The notes beneath the pieces were generated by a model. It ran no database searches and was not told where the DNA came from. It worked only from the letters and a program-made list of their open reading frames with translations. The position numbers and the translations under genes were made by a program. From a virus (lineage: Duplodnaviria > Caudoviricetes), in the IMG/VR virus record IMGVR_UViG_3300030117_007612, positions 32,001 through 96,000 of that record: DNA of 64,000 nt. One strand, 5' to 3'. Positions 38,381 to 50,800 of this stretch are shown here, in pieces (position 1 is the first letter of the stretch; each line of letters begins with the position of its first letter).

Positions 38381-38387
38381 CTAATTA
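38381..38387 (+). promoter_or_regulatory. CTAATTA motif (candidate late promoter)
   Basis: 22 nt before the ATG at 38410, upstream of an AAAGGA RBS. Confidence 0.45.
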
Positions 38388-38409
38388 TACTGAGAAAGGA
38401 ACATTATTA

Positions 38410-40212
38410 ATGGGAAAGTACGATGATAGAATAATTCCAATTAATTACACCAATAGAGAATTTGCAACCATTCGCGAAGATCTGATACAGCTTGCGGAAA
38501 GGTTTTATCCCGACACATTTAAAGATTTTAGCGAAGCCTCTTTCGGCTCACTTATGATAGACACTGTTGCTTATGTTGGCGATCAGTTGTCATTTTATTT
38601 GGATTACCAAGCCAACGAGGGTTTTCTAAACTCAGCCGTTGAGTACAACAACATTGTCAGACACGCCTTGCAGCTGGGCTACAGATTCGAAGGGCGCCCA
38701 AGCACCTTTGGCAGGGTTGCCCTCTATATTATTGTACCTGCCACCGCAACTGGTATTGGTCCCGATCGGTCTTATATCCCAATCTTAAAAAGAGGAACCT
38801 CGTTTCAATCAATTAACGGGCTGATGTATATGTTGACTGAAAATATAGATTTTTCTGATCCAAAAAACAAAGTCGTGGTAGCCGAAGTGGATACTGATAC
38901 TGGCGCGCCATCTCAATATGCAATTAAGACTTATGGAAATGTTGTTTCTGGTCGTTTTGGTCAAGAAAGGTTTTCAGTCGGCCCATATGAAAAATTCAAG
39001 TCTCTCCTGCTTGAAAATCCTAACATTTCTGAAATAACAAGCGTTTACGACTCAAAGGGCAATGAATATTATGAAGTACCCTATCTTTCGCAAGATGTAA
39101 TCTATAGAGAAGTATCAAACCCAAATTATAGAAACGACAATGTTCCATCAATATTAAAGCCACTTACGGTGCCTAGAAGATTTACAACCCTTTTTGAGCG
39201 CGGCGGCGTAAGGTTGCAGTTTGGAACAGGTAACGAAGACTTGATATCAGAAGACAAGGTACCAGAACCTCAAAAATTAGCGTTAGATCTTTTCGGTAAA
39301 AATTATGTTACCAGCACGTCTTTCGATCCGTCCAATTTAGTTAGTAGCGATTACATGGGAATAGTCCCGTCAGATACTACCTTAACAGTCTCTTATCGTG
39401 CGACAAATCCAACCAATTCAAATGCTGCAGTGGGCGCTTTAAGAAGCGTTGCGGAGCCGATAGCTGAATTTGAAGATCGGACTGTTTTGGATAGTACAAA
39501 AATAGACAACGTTATTAGATCGATTGAAGTCTTTAATGAAGAGCCAATTGTGGGAGATGTCTCACTGCCTTCGTCAAATGAAATCAAAAGACGAGTTATC
39601 GATAATTTTGCAACTCAAAATAGAGCCGTAACAAGATTAGATTATGAGGCGCTGGCGCAAAGAATGCCCATTAAATTTGGCGCTATAAAAAGAGTTGCTG
39701 CACTTAAGGATCCAGATTCTCAAAAAAGAAACGTAAATTTGTATGTTTTATCTGAAGATACTGGCGGCAAACTAGCAACAGCTAATGATACTATAAAATT
39801 AAATTTAAAAACTTGGCTAAATAATTATAAAATGATTAACGACACTGTTGACATATTGGATGCAAAAATTGTCAATATAGGAATTAATTTCACAATGAAG
39901 ATTAGCAAAGATGTCGATAAGTATGTGACTATGGCCGCAGCCCTACAGGCGCTAAAAGACAAATACAGACAAGCAAGTTATATCGGGGAGCCCTTTTATC
40001 TTTCTGATGTCTACACAACCGTAAACAGATTAAAGGGGGTTGTAGATGTCGTCAATGTGCAAATAGTCAGAAAGCAGGGCAACAACTATTCATCGCATTC
40101 TTTCAACATTCACAGGAACTTATCATCCGATGGAAGATTTGTGCAGGTGCCAAAAAATGTCGCCTTAGAAGTTAAATTTCCCGACGAAGACATTAGAGGT
40201 ACTATAGTATAA
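38410..40212 (+). CDS. Baseplate wedge subunit (T4 gp6/BplJ-like)
   Basis: INYTNREFATIREDL, FKDFSEASFGSLMID..AYVGDQLSFYLD, QFGTG, QNRAVTRLDY. Confidence 0.88.
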   Translation: MGKYDDRIIPINYTNREFATIREDLIQLAERFYPDTFKDFSEASFGSLMIDTVAYVGDQLSFYLDYQANEGFLNSAVEYNNIVRHALQLGYRFEGRPSTFGRVALYIIVPATATGIGPDRSYIPILKRGTSFQSINGLMYMLTENIDFSDPKNKVVVAEVDTDTGAPSQYAIKTYGNVVSGRFGQERFSVGPYEKFKSLLLENPNISEITSVYDSKGNEYYEVPYLSQDVIYREVSNPNYRNDNVPSILKPLTVPRRFTTLFERGGVRLQFGTGNEDLISEDKVPEPQKLALDLFGKNYVTSTSFDPSNLVSSDYMGIVPSDTTLTVSYRATNPTNSNAAVGALRSVAEPIAEFEDRTVLDSTKIDNVIRSIEVFNEEPIVGDVSLPSSNEIKRRVIDNFATQNRAVTRLDYEALAQRMPIKFGAIKRVAALKDPDSQKRNVNLYVLSEDTGGKLATANDTIKLNLKTWLNNYKMINDTVDILDAKIVNIGINFTMKISKDVDKYVTMAAALQALKDKYRQASYIGEPFYLSDVYTTVNRLKGVVDVVNVQIVRKQGNNYSSHSFNIHRNLSSDGRFVQVPKNVALEVKFPDEDIRGTIV

Positions 40213-40213
40213 A

Positions 40214-41851
40214 ATGGCAATTAAAAGATATTTTGCATTAAATGATAATACAATTACAAATGCCTATATGTCAGATCTTAGCACTTTGGCTACTGGATCT
40301 AATATGGGCGCCGCCGATATTCTAGAGGTCTTCTCTATTTACGGGCAAACAATATCCGCTTCTGCCACATCATCAGCGGAATTGTCAAGAGTTTTGATCA
40401 AATTCGATGTAACTGGATCTGGATTTGATAGCATAAAGTCAGAACGTACGGCTGGAAGGATTCCAAGCAGCGGTAGTGTTAACTTTTACTTAAGACTATT
40501 CAATGCACAACACGCAAGAACCGTGCCAGTAGATTATACCCTTGATATCGCCCCGGTTCAACACCACTGGCAGGAGGGCTCAGGTCTGGATATGGATACA
40601 TATAAGGATCTTACGAAAGATAGGAATGGCTCAAATTGGATGAGCGCCTCAAATTCTCCAGACAGAGCGTGGACTACTCCGGGCGGCGACTATTTGGCTA
40701 CCTACAATTATAGTCAAGACTTCTCCACCGGGCTGGAACACTTGGAGGTTGATATAACTCCGCTAGTGGAAGGCTGGATTGCCGGCACATTGGCAAACTA
40801 TGGTGTTGGGATCAAGCTTAGCGCCAGCCATGAAGCTTATTATTCAAGTTCGGTTTGGGGCTTTAGTGGCGTAAAATATGTAGACGGTATTTTATTAAAC
40901 ACGACGGGCGCCCAGAAGTCCTACTATACTAAAAGATTTTTTGGCCGCAACTCTCAATACTTTTTTAAACGGCCGGCCATAGAGGCCCGATGGGATTCTT
41001 CCAGAAAAGATAATCGCGGAAGTTTTTATTATAGCAGCTCTCTTGCGCCATCAGAGCTTAACTTAAACACACTATTTTTATATAACAGAATTCGCGGCCG
41101 CTTAACAAATATTCCGGGAATTGGCACTGGTAATATATACGTAAGTATCTATTCTGGCTCAGCTTTAAATACCGAACCATCTGGATCAAGAATTAAACTC
41201 GCAGCAGACGGAACGCACGTTGGCTCAACATATCCCTATGTTGTGACAGGTAGCCATGTTTCTACTGGTATTTATTCTTGCAAATTTGCAATTACTGGAC
41301 ACTCTGGGCCCCGAAGCACCGTCGGAGCAGCATACGATCCGGGCACCGGCTCTCTCACAAAGCTGTTTGATGTTTGGCATGATAACGCAGGAACACAGTT
41401 CTTTACCGGCACCATTGTGCCCAAGAAGCTAGACGCACAAGATTATAACGATTCAGAGCGTTATGTTACAAAGGTGGTTAACCTGAAGTCAGAATATCGC
41501 TCAAATGAGAACGCAAGATTCAGAGTATTCGCAAGACAAAAGGGGTGGAGTCCTACAATTTATACAGTAGCCAGTAGAGCAACCGAGGCCCTCCCAATTG
41601 AAAGCGGATCATACAGAGTTGTTAGATTGATTGATAATTATGAAGTTTTCCCACATGCAACTGGTGCAAACGTTGTATCGCACTCAATGATGTCGTGTGA
41701 CACGTCTGGTAACTATTTTGATCTGGACATGTCTTTGCTTGAGCCGGGCTATGCGTACGGTTTAAAATTTGCGTACTATAATGAGCTATTGCAGGACTGG
41801 GTAGAGCAACCAGAAATATTTAAATTCATGGTAGATGAGTATGAGCGTTAA
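40214..41851 (+). CDS. Putative tail/baseplate-associated beta-sandwich protein (DNRLRE-like)
   Basis: DNTITNAY, SRVLIKFD, W.EGSG, W.TPGGD, LEVDITPLVEGW pattern; between wedge genes. Confidence 0.55.
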   Translation: MAIKRYFALNDNTITNAYMSDLSTLATGSNMGAADILEVFSIYGQTISASATSSAELSRVLIKFDVTGSGFDSIKSERTAGRIPSSGSVNFYLRLFNAQHARTVPVDYTLDIAPVQHHWQEGSGLDMDTYKDLTKDRNGSNWMSASNSPDRAWTTPGGDYLATYNYSQDFSTGLEHLEVDITPLVEGWIAGTLANYGVGIKLSASHEAYYSSSVWGFSGVKYVDGILLNTTGAQKSYYTKRFFGRNSQYFFKRPAIEARWDSSRKDNRGSFYYSSSLAPSELNLNTLFLYNRIRGRLTNIPGIGTGNIYVSIYSGSALNTEPSGSRIKLAADGTHVGSTYPYVVTGSHVSTGIYSCKFAITGHSGPRSTVGAAYDPGTGSLTKLFDVWHDNAGTQFFTGTIVPKKLDAQDYNDSERYVTKVVNLKSEYRSNENARFRVFARQKGWSPTIYTVASRATEALPIESGSYRVVRLIDNYEVFPHATGANVVSHSMMSCDTSGNYFDLDMSLLEPGYAYGLKFAYYNELLQDWVEQPEIFKFMVDEYER

Positions 41852-44800
41852 GGATTTATTTGAACACGGGACATCAATTGTAAGCTTAAAAAGTGGTTCG
41901 TTAACGGACTCATTCAAAGCTGTTGAGTCCTATAGTAACATTCAACAAATCATAGAAAAACAAAATAGGTTTATACCTCCGATTGATTTTTCTACGACAT
42001 CAAATTTTGCAAAGTTTGGATCTGCAGAGCTTTATTACGACACCGCTATAAAAAGAATATATGGAAACTATCCATATGATGGTACGGCACAAGAAAAGAA
42101 TAAGTTTGACAATCAATCACTTTATATAGATAAATATATATTTGACTACCTTTACCCAAGGAGTACTGGCTATGCCATATTCTCAGCAGAGGGCTGGGGA
42201 TCTCGTACTGGAATATCAACAGACGGTTATGCGACACCCACCACATTAGAATATGTTCAGTTTAGGGGTGGTCCACATACTTCATCTTACGGTATGGACG
42301 GATTGCGAACTTCGTTTTCTGGCTCGAATGTTTATGACGAAAATATTTACGACAATATTGGCCTGCCATCTAATTTTGGCAAAGGATCTCGCACATCCAA
42401 TCTAAAATTCACAGGCAGCGATGGTGCTACAGTTGAGTTTTGGCTGAAAAAGCCATCATTTGATACCACCACAACTACACGTAGGGAGGTTATTTTTGAC
42501 CTCTGGAACAGTCAAACGGCATCTGGCCATTCGGGATCAACTTGCTATGGACGCATGATGATCGAATTAGACGGGGAGTATTCGACCGGATCTTCGTTTT
42601 TGGTCACACTCATGTCCGGTACCAGCGGATTCCAGCATAGGCGAATTGGTAGCTTGGCCGGCACCTCGTCTCTAGCTGACTGGAACCATTATGCCTTCAC
42701 CTTCTTACAGAGCGGTAGCTATCTAAAAACTAAGTTTTATGTCAACGGAGGCTTAAACGAAGAAGTAGATAGTGAATTTGTGATCGGAGGGTTTGAGCAT
42801 GGACAGCTTCAGGCCCGAATAGGAGCCCTCTTGACAGCACCAACGGGTTCTGCTGCGCCGGCAGCGTCTGGAAAGCTTTCTGCTTCTCTTGATGATTTTA
42901 GATATTGGAAAGCTGCGAGAACTTCTAGAGAGATTTCCGAATTTTATTTTGTTCCTGTTCATGGAGGAACAAATACTGATGTTGCCAACGCCACTTTAGG
43001 CGTCTACTATAAATTTAATGAAGGAATTACGGGCACATCAAGCACCGACTCGATTGTTTTAGATTATTCCGGAAGGGTGTCAAACGGCTATTGGGTTGGA
43101 CTCAACACGTCAAGTCGACATACAGGCTCAGCAATAGTTCAAGCCAGCGCAAGTAATTCAGAATTTCTTGATCCGATTATTCACCCAAACCACACCGAGG
43201 TTAAGGTTCTTAGTGAAAATCTTTCCAAATCTGGCTCGCTTCATGATCATTTGAATAATGCAATGTTGTATAATACGATGCCGACATGGATTACTGATCA
43301 GGCAGATAGAGAAGGATCGGAAGACTTAAGATATCTTTGTCATATATTGGGGGCCTATTTTGATAAGATGTATCTGCAAATTGAAAGCCTATCTGCTTTT
43401 AACAATACTCAATATCTGAGCGCTTCGTATAAAGCATTCCCTTTTTATAAGAGTGCCCTAGAAGGCAAAGGGCTGGAAGCGCCTGAAATGTTTATTGAAT
43501 CAGATATTTTAGAAAAATTTGCCCAAAGGACAGACTCGTATAATTTAAATATCGATTTAACTGAGATTAAGAATCTTATATATCAAAACATCCATTCAAA
43601 CTTAATAAACATATACAAAGCCAAGGGCACCGAAAAGGCCATCAGAAATGTAATGAGATCCTTTGGTATTGGCGATGATTTGATTAAGATGAACTTATAC
43701 GCCAATAATGCAACGTTTGAGTTATCGGATAATATACATAATCAATTTATAAAGAAAAAATATGTTAACTTTTCCAAAAAAGGACAAAGTGGTGGCGTTG
43801 TTTATCAAACTGCAGAAGCAGGCAATACAGATAGTTTTGAATTTATTTCCGGAAGTAAAGGAAATCAATATGAAAAAACACTGGGATTCACCTTGGAAGC
43901 AAATGTTATGTTTCCAAAGTATCTTAGAGATCAAACAGATGATTTTTATGATAGAAATTGGCTAACATCGTCGTTATTTGGAATGCACCGCGCAGATCAC
44001 ACGGCCAGTAGCGATGTGACTACATGGTCACCGAGCGGAAGTGATTATGCAAACTTCCAGATTCAGTTTATTAGAGATTACCCGCGCTCTAGAAGCGGCT
44101 ACTTTAGAATTTCATCCTCTAATTCTCCATATCCAATTCCTGAAATGACATCGAGTATGTTCCATGAAGTGTATGATGATGACAATTGGTTGATATCATT
44201 CACCATGCAGCCAAAACGATATAGAGAATTATCTACTGTGTCAGGCGCTAGTCATCTAGATGTGCAAGGATATGATGCAATATTTGCCGGCTATCACAAG
44301 GTGCTGGGAACGACCATTGATTCTTTCTATCTAACACAGTCCATGGAAACAACTGCGTCCCGGGATTTCTTAAAATCAGACAAAAGAGTTTATGCTGGTG
44401 CATATAGAGACAACATGACAGGAACAATGTTGTATCAAAGTGATATAAAGTTGACAGAGATGAGATATTGGGCATACTCTCTTGAGCCCGAAGAAGTCGA
44501 AAGACATGCTGTTGACATTGAAAATGCCGGAATTTTAAATCCATTTAGAATCATTGGTAACTTGGATCCTAATTTCAAAAACATGGAAGTTAGGAGAAAT
44601 GACACGTTGGCCATGCACTGGAACTTTAACAGCGTAACAACATCAGATGCTAGTGGGGAGTTTATCGTACAAGACGCCTCATCTGGCTCTTCGAATAAAA
44701 GAGATAGGTTGGGAATATTTGGAAAATATAGCGGATATCAACACACGGGTAAGGGAAAATTCTTCATAACATCCAGCAAGGAAGCAATATCATATGAATT

Positions 44801-47800
44801 TGTGAACAATGCAAAATTCAGGCACTATGAGCAGATCGCAAGCTCTGATATGATTAATATCATGAACACAGACGATCATATATTTGGCGCTAACCAAAGA
44901 CCTACAGAGTATCACTTTACAATTGAAAAGAGCATGTACGATGTTATTTCACAAGAGATAATCAATATATTTGCCGGCATCGTCGATTTTAACAACTTAA
45001 TTGGAGAGCCCGTCAATCGATACAGAGATGAATACAAAGATTTAAGTAAATTACGTACAATTTTCTTTGACAAAGTTGGAACAACTCCTGATATAAACAG
45101 GTATTTAGATTTCTATAAGTGGTTTGATGATGCTTTGTCTTTGGTTATTAGACAGTTAGTGCCTGCAACTGCTGAGATCTCAGATGATTTATACAACGTT
45201 GTAGAAGAGCACGCGCTTGAAAGAAACAAATATAAAACACCATTTCCAACTATGGAATTCAAAGATCAAATTCCCGAGACCTTCATAAGAGGTATCGAAG
45301 AACTTGAGTATAGTTGGAAATTTGGGCACTCACCACTGCCCGGATCTAATAGGCCACAATATCAAAAAGGGTTGTATTGGAAATCAAGAGCCGAAAAAGG
45401 CAGCGGCCCATCAGCAACTGTTGCGGAGCTTAGTATTAGATCTGCATCTTTGGGCCCATTCATCACCTCTGCCGCCGGCTCTAAGTATACAAATTCATTT
45501 GCAATTGATATAGGTAGAGAAGAATTAAGAGATATAATCCACTCAAATCCACATTTTAGCCAAAGCCTGCCTACCTTATCTAAAGTTGATGGCACTACGT
45601 ATTCGGGCAACGCCCACGCCATAAGGACATTTGCAAAAACGTACAAGTTTAGAGTTTCTAGTCCAGTTGAATCAGTTTTTAAAGGCGGAGTAAACTTCTC
45701 GCCCGGCAAGAGTATGGAAAAAGCCTACAATGCCGTTGCTCCTCATGGGCCTATAGAGGCACATGGATCAATAGGGGGTGTTGGGTGCGAAAATTGTAAA
45801 CTACCGGTCAACATCCTGTTTGCAAGATCTGAAGACTTTGTGCCGTACAATGATTTGTATGATCCTCTTTCTCCGCATGCAAAAATTAAAATGAAGATGA
45901 AGGTTGCACACGGCCGTGATTCTAACAAAGAGATGTTAGGATATGCTACTGCAAAATCTGCCTTCTTCTTCCCGATGAATATTATAAGCGGTACAGTTAA
46001 CCCTGACATGTTGATAAATACTGATGGCGTCGAGGTCGACCGAAAGACCGGCCGTCGACACTTGGAGACGCCCAACAATGCGTATGAGAAGAGGATCTCA
46101 GGCAGCATAACCAACATTCATAACGATGTCTATGGGCCCCACATGGAGAAGCCGATGCAAGGGCCTTTCACCGAGCATTACGTAGGTGGCCACCAGTCAC
46201 GCCATGTTTCATTAAATACAGGTTCTTGGACCAGTGGGTATAGCCACCAATTAAATCGCCCAGAAGCTTGGAGAATCTACATTGGAAGATGTGGTACTCC
46301 GGGATCCATGCCTGACGGTGCAACTGCTGTTGGAATTGTGGGTCCGGACTATCCGCCCCCTGATTTGAAATTATCACTAACTGGCGACCATCAGGTGTCA
46401 GATGTTTATCCATACATAAAATTCCCTAGGGCAGAATATTATCGCGACGGAACTGCAAAGCGCCCAGTCAATATTGGGAACATCCATCATACTACCGGTT
46501 CGCCTACAATTTTAGGTAACTTTAACCATCGGTATGATTATGTACAAACAGCCGGAAGAGCTAGTCAGAAAAGATATCTCAAAGATACATTTGAGCACAA
46601 TTATGGAGATCGTCCGCCGGGAGTATTCGGCAGCAGCAGCATAGAAACAGTTCACCACCATACATCGTCACTCTTGCCACTTAGGTTCTTGCGAGAAAAC
46701 CCAAAATCAGGATATACTTCTGCACCAACTACAGCTAGTGCGCACTTCTTCGATGTAACGAATATCCACACGCTGATATCTGTAAGCACAGGTTCGAAGG
46801 ATCACAGCATTGGCCCGGGCGGATTCGGAAACGTATTCGGCGGCATGGAGCAATCAAGAGCTGGTGGCCCCATTGAGAATACTAGCAATCGGTATGCCGG
46901 CCAGACGTCCGATTACGACGGCACCATCTTTATAGTTCCCAAGCGCCGCCGCCGAGATGGCATCTTTACAACACGCTTCTCCGCCCCGGGCGGTCCTGAA
47001 ATTATGAGTCCCGGATATTTAGATATCCATACAGGAGAATTCTCGGTATACAACAGCCTTAACTTTAGAAACTACACTGTAAGATCAAGTGGCAGCGGCG
47101 AAACAATAGGTCAAGGAATAGTCTTTAGCGATAATGTTGCCGATAAAACAACAGGCTTTAAGTCAATTAGAATGCACAACCAGATGAATACTGGTTCTGA
47201 AGATGAGAGATTGCAGATTCGTCAAGGCTTGAGAACCTTACTTACTAGACACGCTGGCCATGGATATGCAGACTCTCAGTATGGTTACGTTCCGGAATCG
47301 AGATATATTGACGAGGATGATAAAGCCCCGGCCAGTTACCACAAGATTTATCGAAACCGACGCAAACATTTGCGAGAAAGAAACACAGACATAGAGTTTA
47401 TAGCAAACACTCACCGAGGTACGGAATATACCCATGGAGACGATCGTGGTGCACCCGGCGGCGGCAGAACCATAATTACGGCCTCGAATTACGACAATTA
47501 TTGGGTTCAACATGTTATTCCGCGATCAGATCTTAACTACTCGTGGATTACTGCTTCTATATTACATGATGTCGGATCCGGCCTCGATCATATCCTCCAT
47601 CCATCGGTAGATGATCATTATGGATATCTGCCGCATTACACAGTCGGCGAGTGGCAATGGCTAGGATACCATTATAGCGGCTTTCTTTCTTCATCAACAT
47701 ATGAAATCTTATCGTCAGATCCAAAGCCCGGCAAACACAACGCCGAGGGTCCATGGGGATCGGGCAGTGCATGGAAGATACCTTACAACTTTATAAGCGC

Positions 47801-50800
47801 TAGCGACTATGTGGTTTATCATGAAACCGGAAGTACGAATCCTTTAGTGCTCGGCGCCGACAAATCAACAATTCCAGCAAATACATTGAATCACATCCCA
47901 ATTGATTTTGTTGGTTTAAATACTGTCATTTACGAAAACATCACATCCAGCACGGCACAACTGGGTTTCCATCTCGATCATCTCACAAGTTCTGACGGCC
48001 GCGGCCCATCGGCCGCGTACCTAGGCCTTCCCCAACACCCGGCATATATTAATGATTCGATGATTGATATAGCCACGTTCTCCACGCCCCACGGCCGTTA
48101 TAATGCGAGGCCACTTCTAAACATGCTAACATTGCATCGTCAAGGTCCATATGGATGGCCATCTTGGAAACAAACTAGGGGTACATCTCACCCAATAATG
48201 CGCTATGAGCGAGAAAGAAACATATTAAGGGCACCATGGGATGCCATTGAAGCACATTTTGGACTTGATCCTCAAAACAGATATTATATTCAACCGGTCA
48301 CATCAAAGTACAAACCAATTCAAGCTGACATTGCACATCCCGGCGCCCCGGGCATCGAGCGCACTCCTGATGAATACTGGAAAAGAAGCAAAGAGCCATA
48401 CGCGAGATTCTACAGCACAAACTACAATCAAATAGTCGCATTACAATCGGACAGGAGGGATATGTTATTTTTCATGGCACCTCCTCGCTTTGTCCACAAT
48501 ACTTGGTGGGACTCGCTGGCATCCACCTTGGCCGAAGACTGGGCCTCCCGCAACCCAGCCACACGTCCACCGGGCCACCCGGCACAAGGCGCCTTCTTAT
48601 ATAAAACGTTTTATAGGGAGACTGTTTGGCCAAGCAGCTTAATGACATATATGTCAAGCTCTAGAGGTCGAGTTGGACCAGTGGGCGACGATGGCGTACA
48701 TTCGACGTACGAAGAGCGTAGATGGCGAAGTACTCATGCTGATAGAGTAACGCTTGGCGAAAGCTTGAATAATTACAAAGATAACAACATCCACGTGCCA
48801 TATCACAACAGGCGATACTCGTACACTTCAGGCAGCCGACTGACACAGAGCAGTTGGCCATTGGACGCTCAGCAGGACTTTTTGACTCGCCAAGGTGATG
48901 CGACTGGGTGGGGTACTACTGGTTCTACCTCACTTAGTGGTAGCACCATTGCCGGCGACCGTGGAGTTATTCGAGGAAGCCCGGGCACTGTCAACGGGCC
49001 TCCTCGCGTGATTTTCCAAAGGCATTTGGTTGCTGTTAGTGGTTCCGGAAACACGGGATCGTTTGGTGGTCCCGGCGCCGGCCCGGGCTTGACCGGATAC
49101 AACGAAGCCATGGGTATAAGCGCCACTGGCGTGCCACTAGGCCACTTGGACCACATGAATGGTTATGGGTTTATTAGTGGCGGATATCACAGGGGCGAGG
49201 GAGAGCTGCAGAATGGATACACAATGTTCCACGGTGGCCCAACCGCGCTGTCAGGCACTGCAGTTGCCGGCGGATATTGGTCCAACCACCTAGGATATCC
49301 CATGATATTACAAATATCGCCCACAGCTCTTTATGCTAGAAAACAAACGCTGTCATCTTATCGTTCAGTGGTTGGTCCGCATGGAATTGAAGTTCCAGAA
49401 ACAGCATCAAACAAATTAGTTGCAGATGCGTTCTCTTCCTCTGCCGGATGGACCGGCAGCATGCAACCAACTACAGGATCCCCATACGCATTGTACACCG
49501 GTAGTGTCGGTAGAACTTGTTGGGGTAACATTGATCTCTTTGGAGGGGAGGCAAAATGGCAGGCCCCAGAATTAGCAGGATATGTATCAAGAAGCTTTAC
49601 TGTTACCGATGAGGGTTACTTTGACCCGATCACAATGACAACCGTTGGATTTGAATTCTCTATAGATAAAACTTGGATAAGCGCATCGTCTGAGCCTTGG
49701 TATACTTCATATGAAGATTACATTTTAGATGGGAGAGCGGTTGCCAAAGAATACTCAATTGTGCCAGAATATAACTCTTCTAGATGGATTCCCGCATCCG
49801 CTTCTGAAGCTGTGCCGGCTCCCTTTATTAGACCATTTTATGGAGGTCAGCCATATTACAACTTTATAGAAATCAATCTTGGTCATACTAGCTCGTGGAG
49901 TGAGGCAATTAAACGACATGATGAGGAAGTAGTGTTCAAGGTTTCACGTGGAGATAATCTTAAAGATTTACTTGGGGTACAAGAGAGCCTTAACAGTACC
50001 AACTGGGGAGAAGCCGCTTGGTCTTGGCCGTCCAGATTGAAATTAAAACTTGACGCTTTTGTAAAGTTTATACCATATGAAGGTTTCTACCCCGCACAAA
50101 GAACCTTGCAATTAGCTGATCAATTTTGGAAATCTCACGGCCAACAAGTTCAAGTCCATCCGGGCCGCGGCTTTCCACCGGGCCCGGGCTTTCCCGGTTC
50201 TGTTCCAGAAACGTTTGCAATGGGAGGTGCTGGATATGCAAACAGACTTACTTTTGGCACTGGTGACCCAACCATATCCCCATTTGGGGCGACTTGCAAC
50301 CCAATAGGGGGTCAAATTATACGCCATCCTTACGTCGTCGATTTCAATGGCGGCATTTCACCTTCATATAAGGATTTGTCAAGCGCGTGGCAGGCTCATT
50401 TTACTCCCTCCGGCCGCAGCATTCAATCAGGGTCACAAGGCTGGACCTATCACACGGGCTCAGAATCAATGCTACAAGGCAAGCAACTAGCTCGCCCTCT
50501 TGCCCAGACGCTATTTGCGCCCGGGATTTTATACAACTCAATCAAATCAGGGCTTGCTGTTGATTATCCAATATGTGTGTCAGAGTCTTTCGAAAGGGTT
50601 TGTGTCGCATCACACGAATATGCAGGCACATTTAACCCCACTGACACTACTACAGTTGGCGGTTTTCCTCGCCATGGCGCCGATGGAGACAAGATAGGCA
50701 TAGTGCCAACAGATTATTGGGTTATTTCGGGATCCAGAAAGGCCAACACCGACCCAACACACGGCAGATTCGACTACAGAGTACCATTTGAAGCTATAAT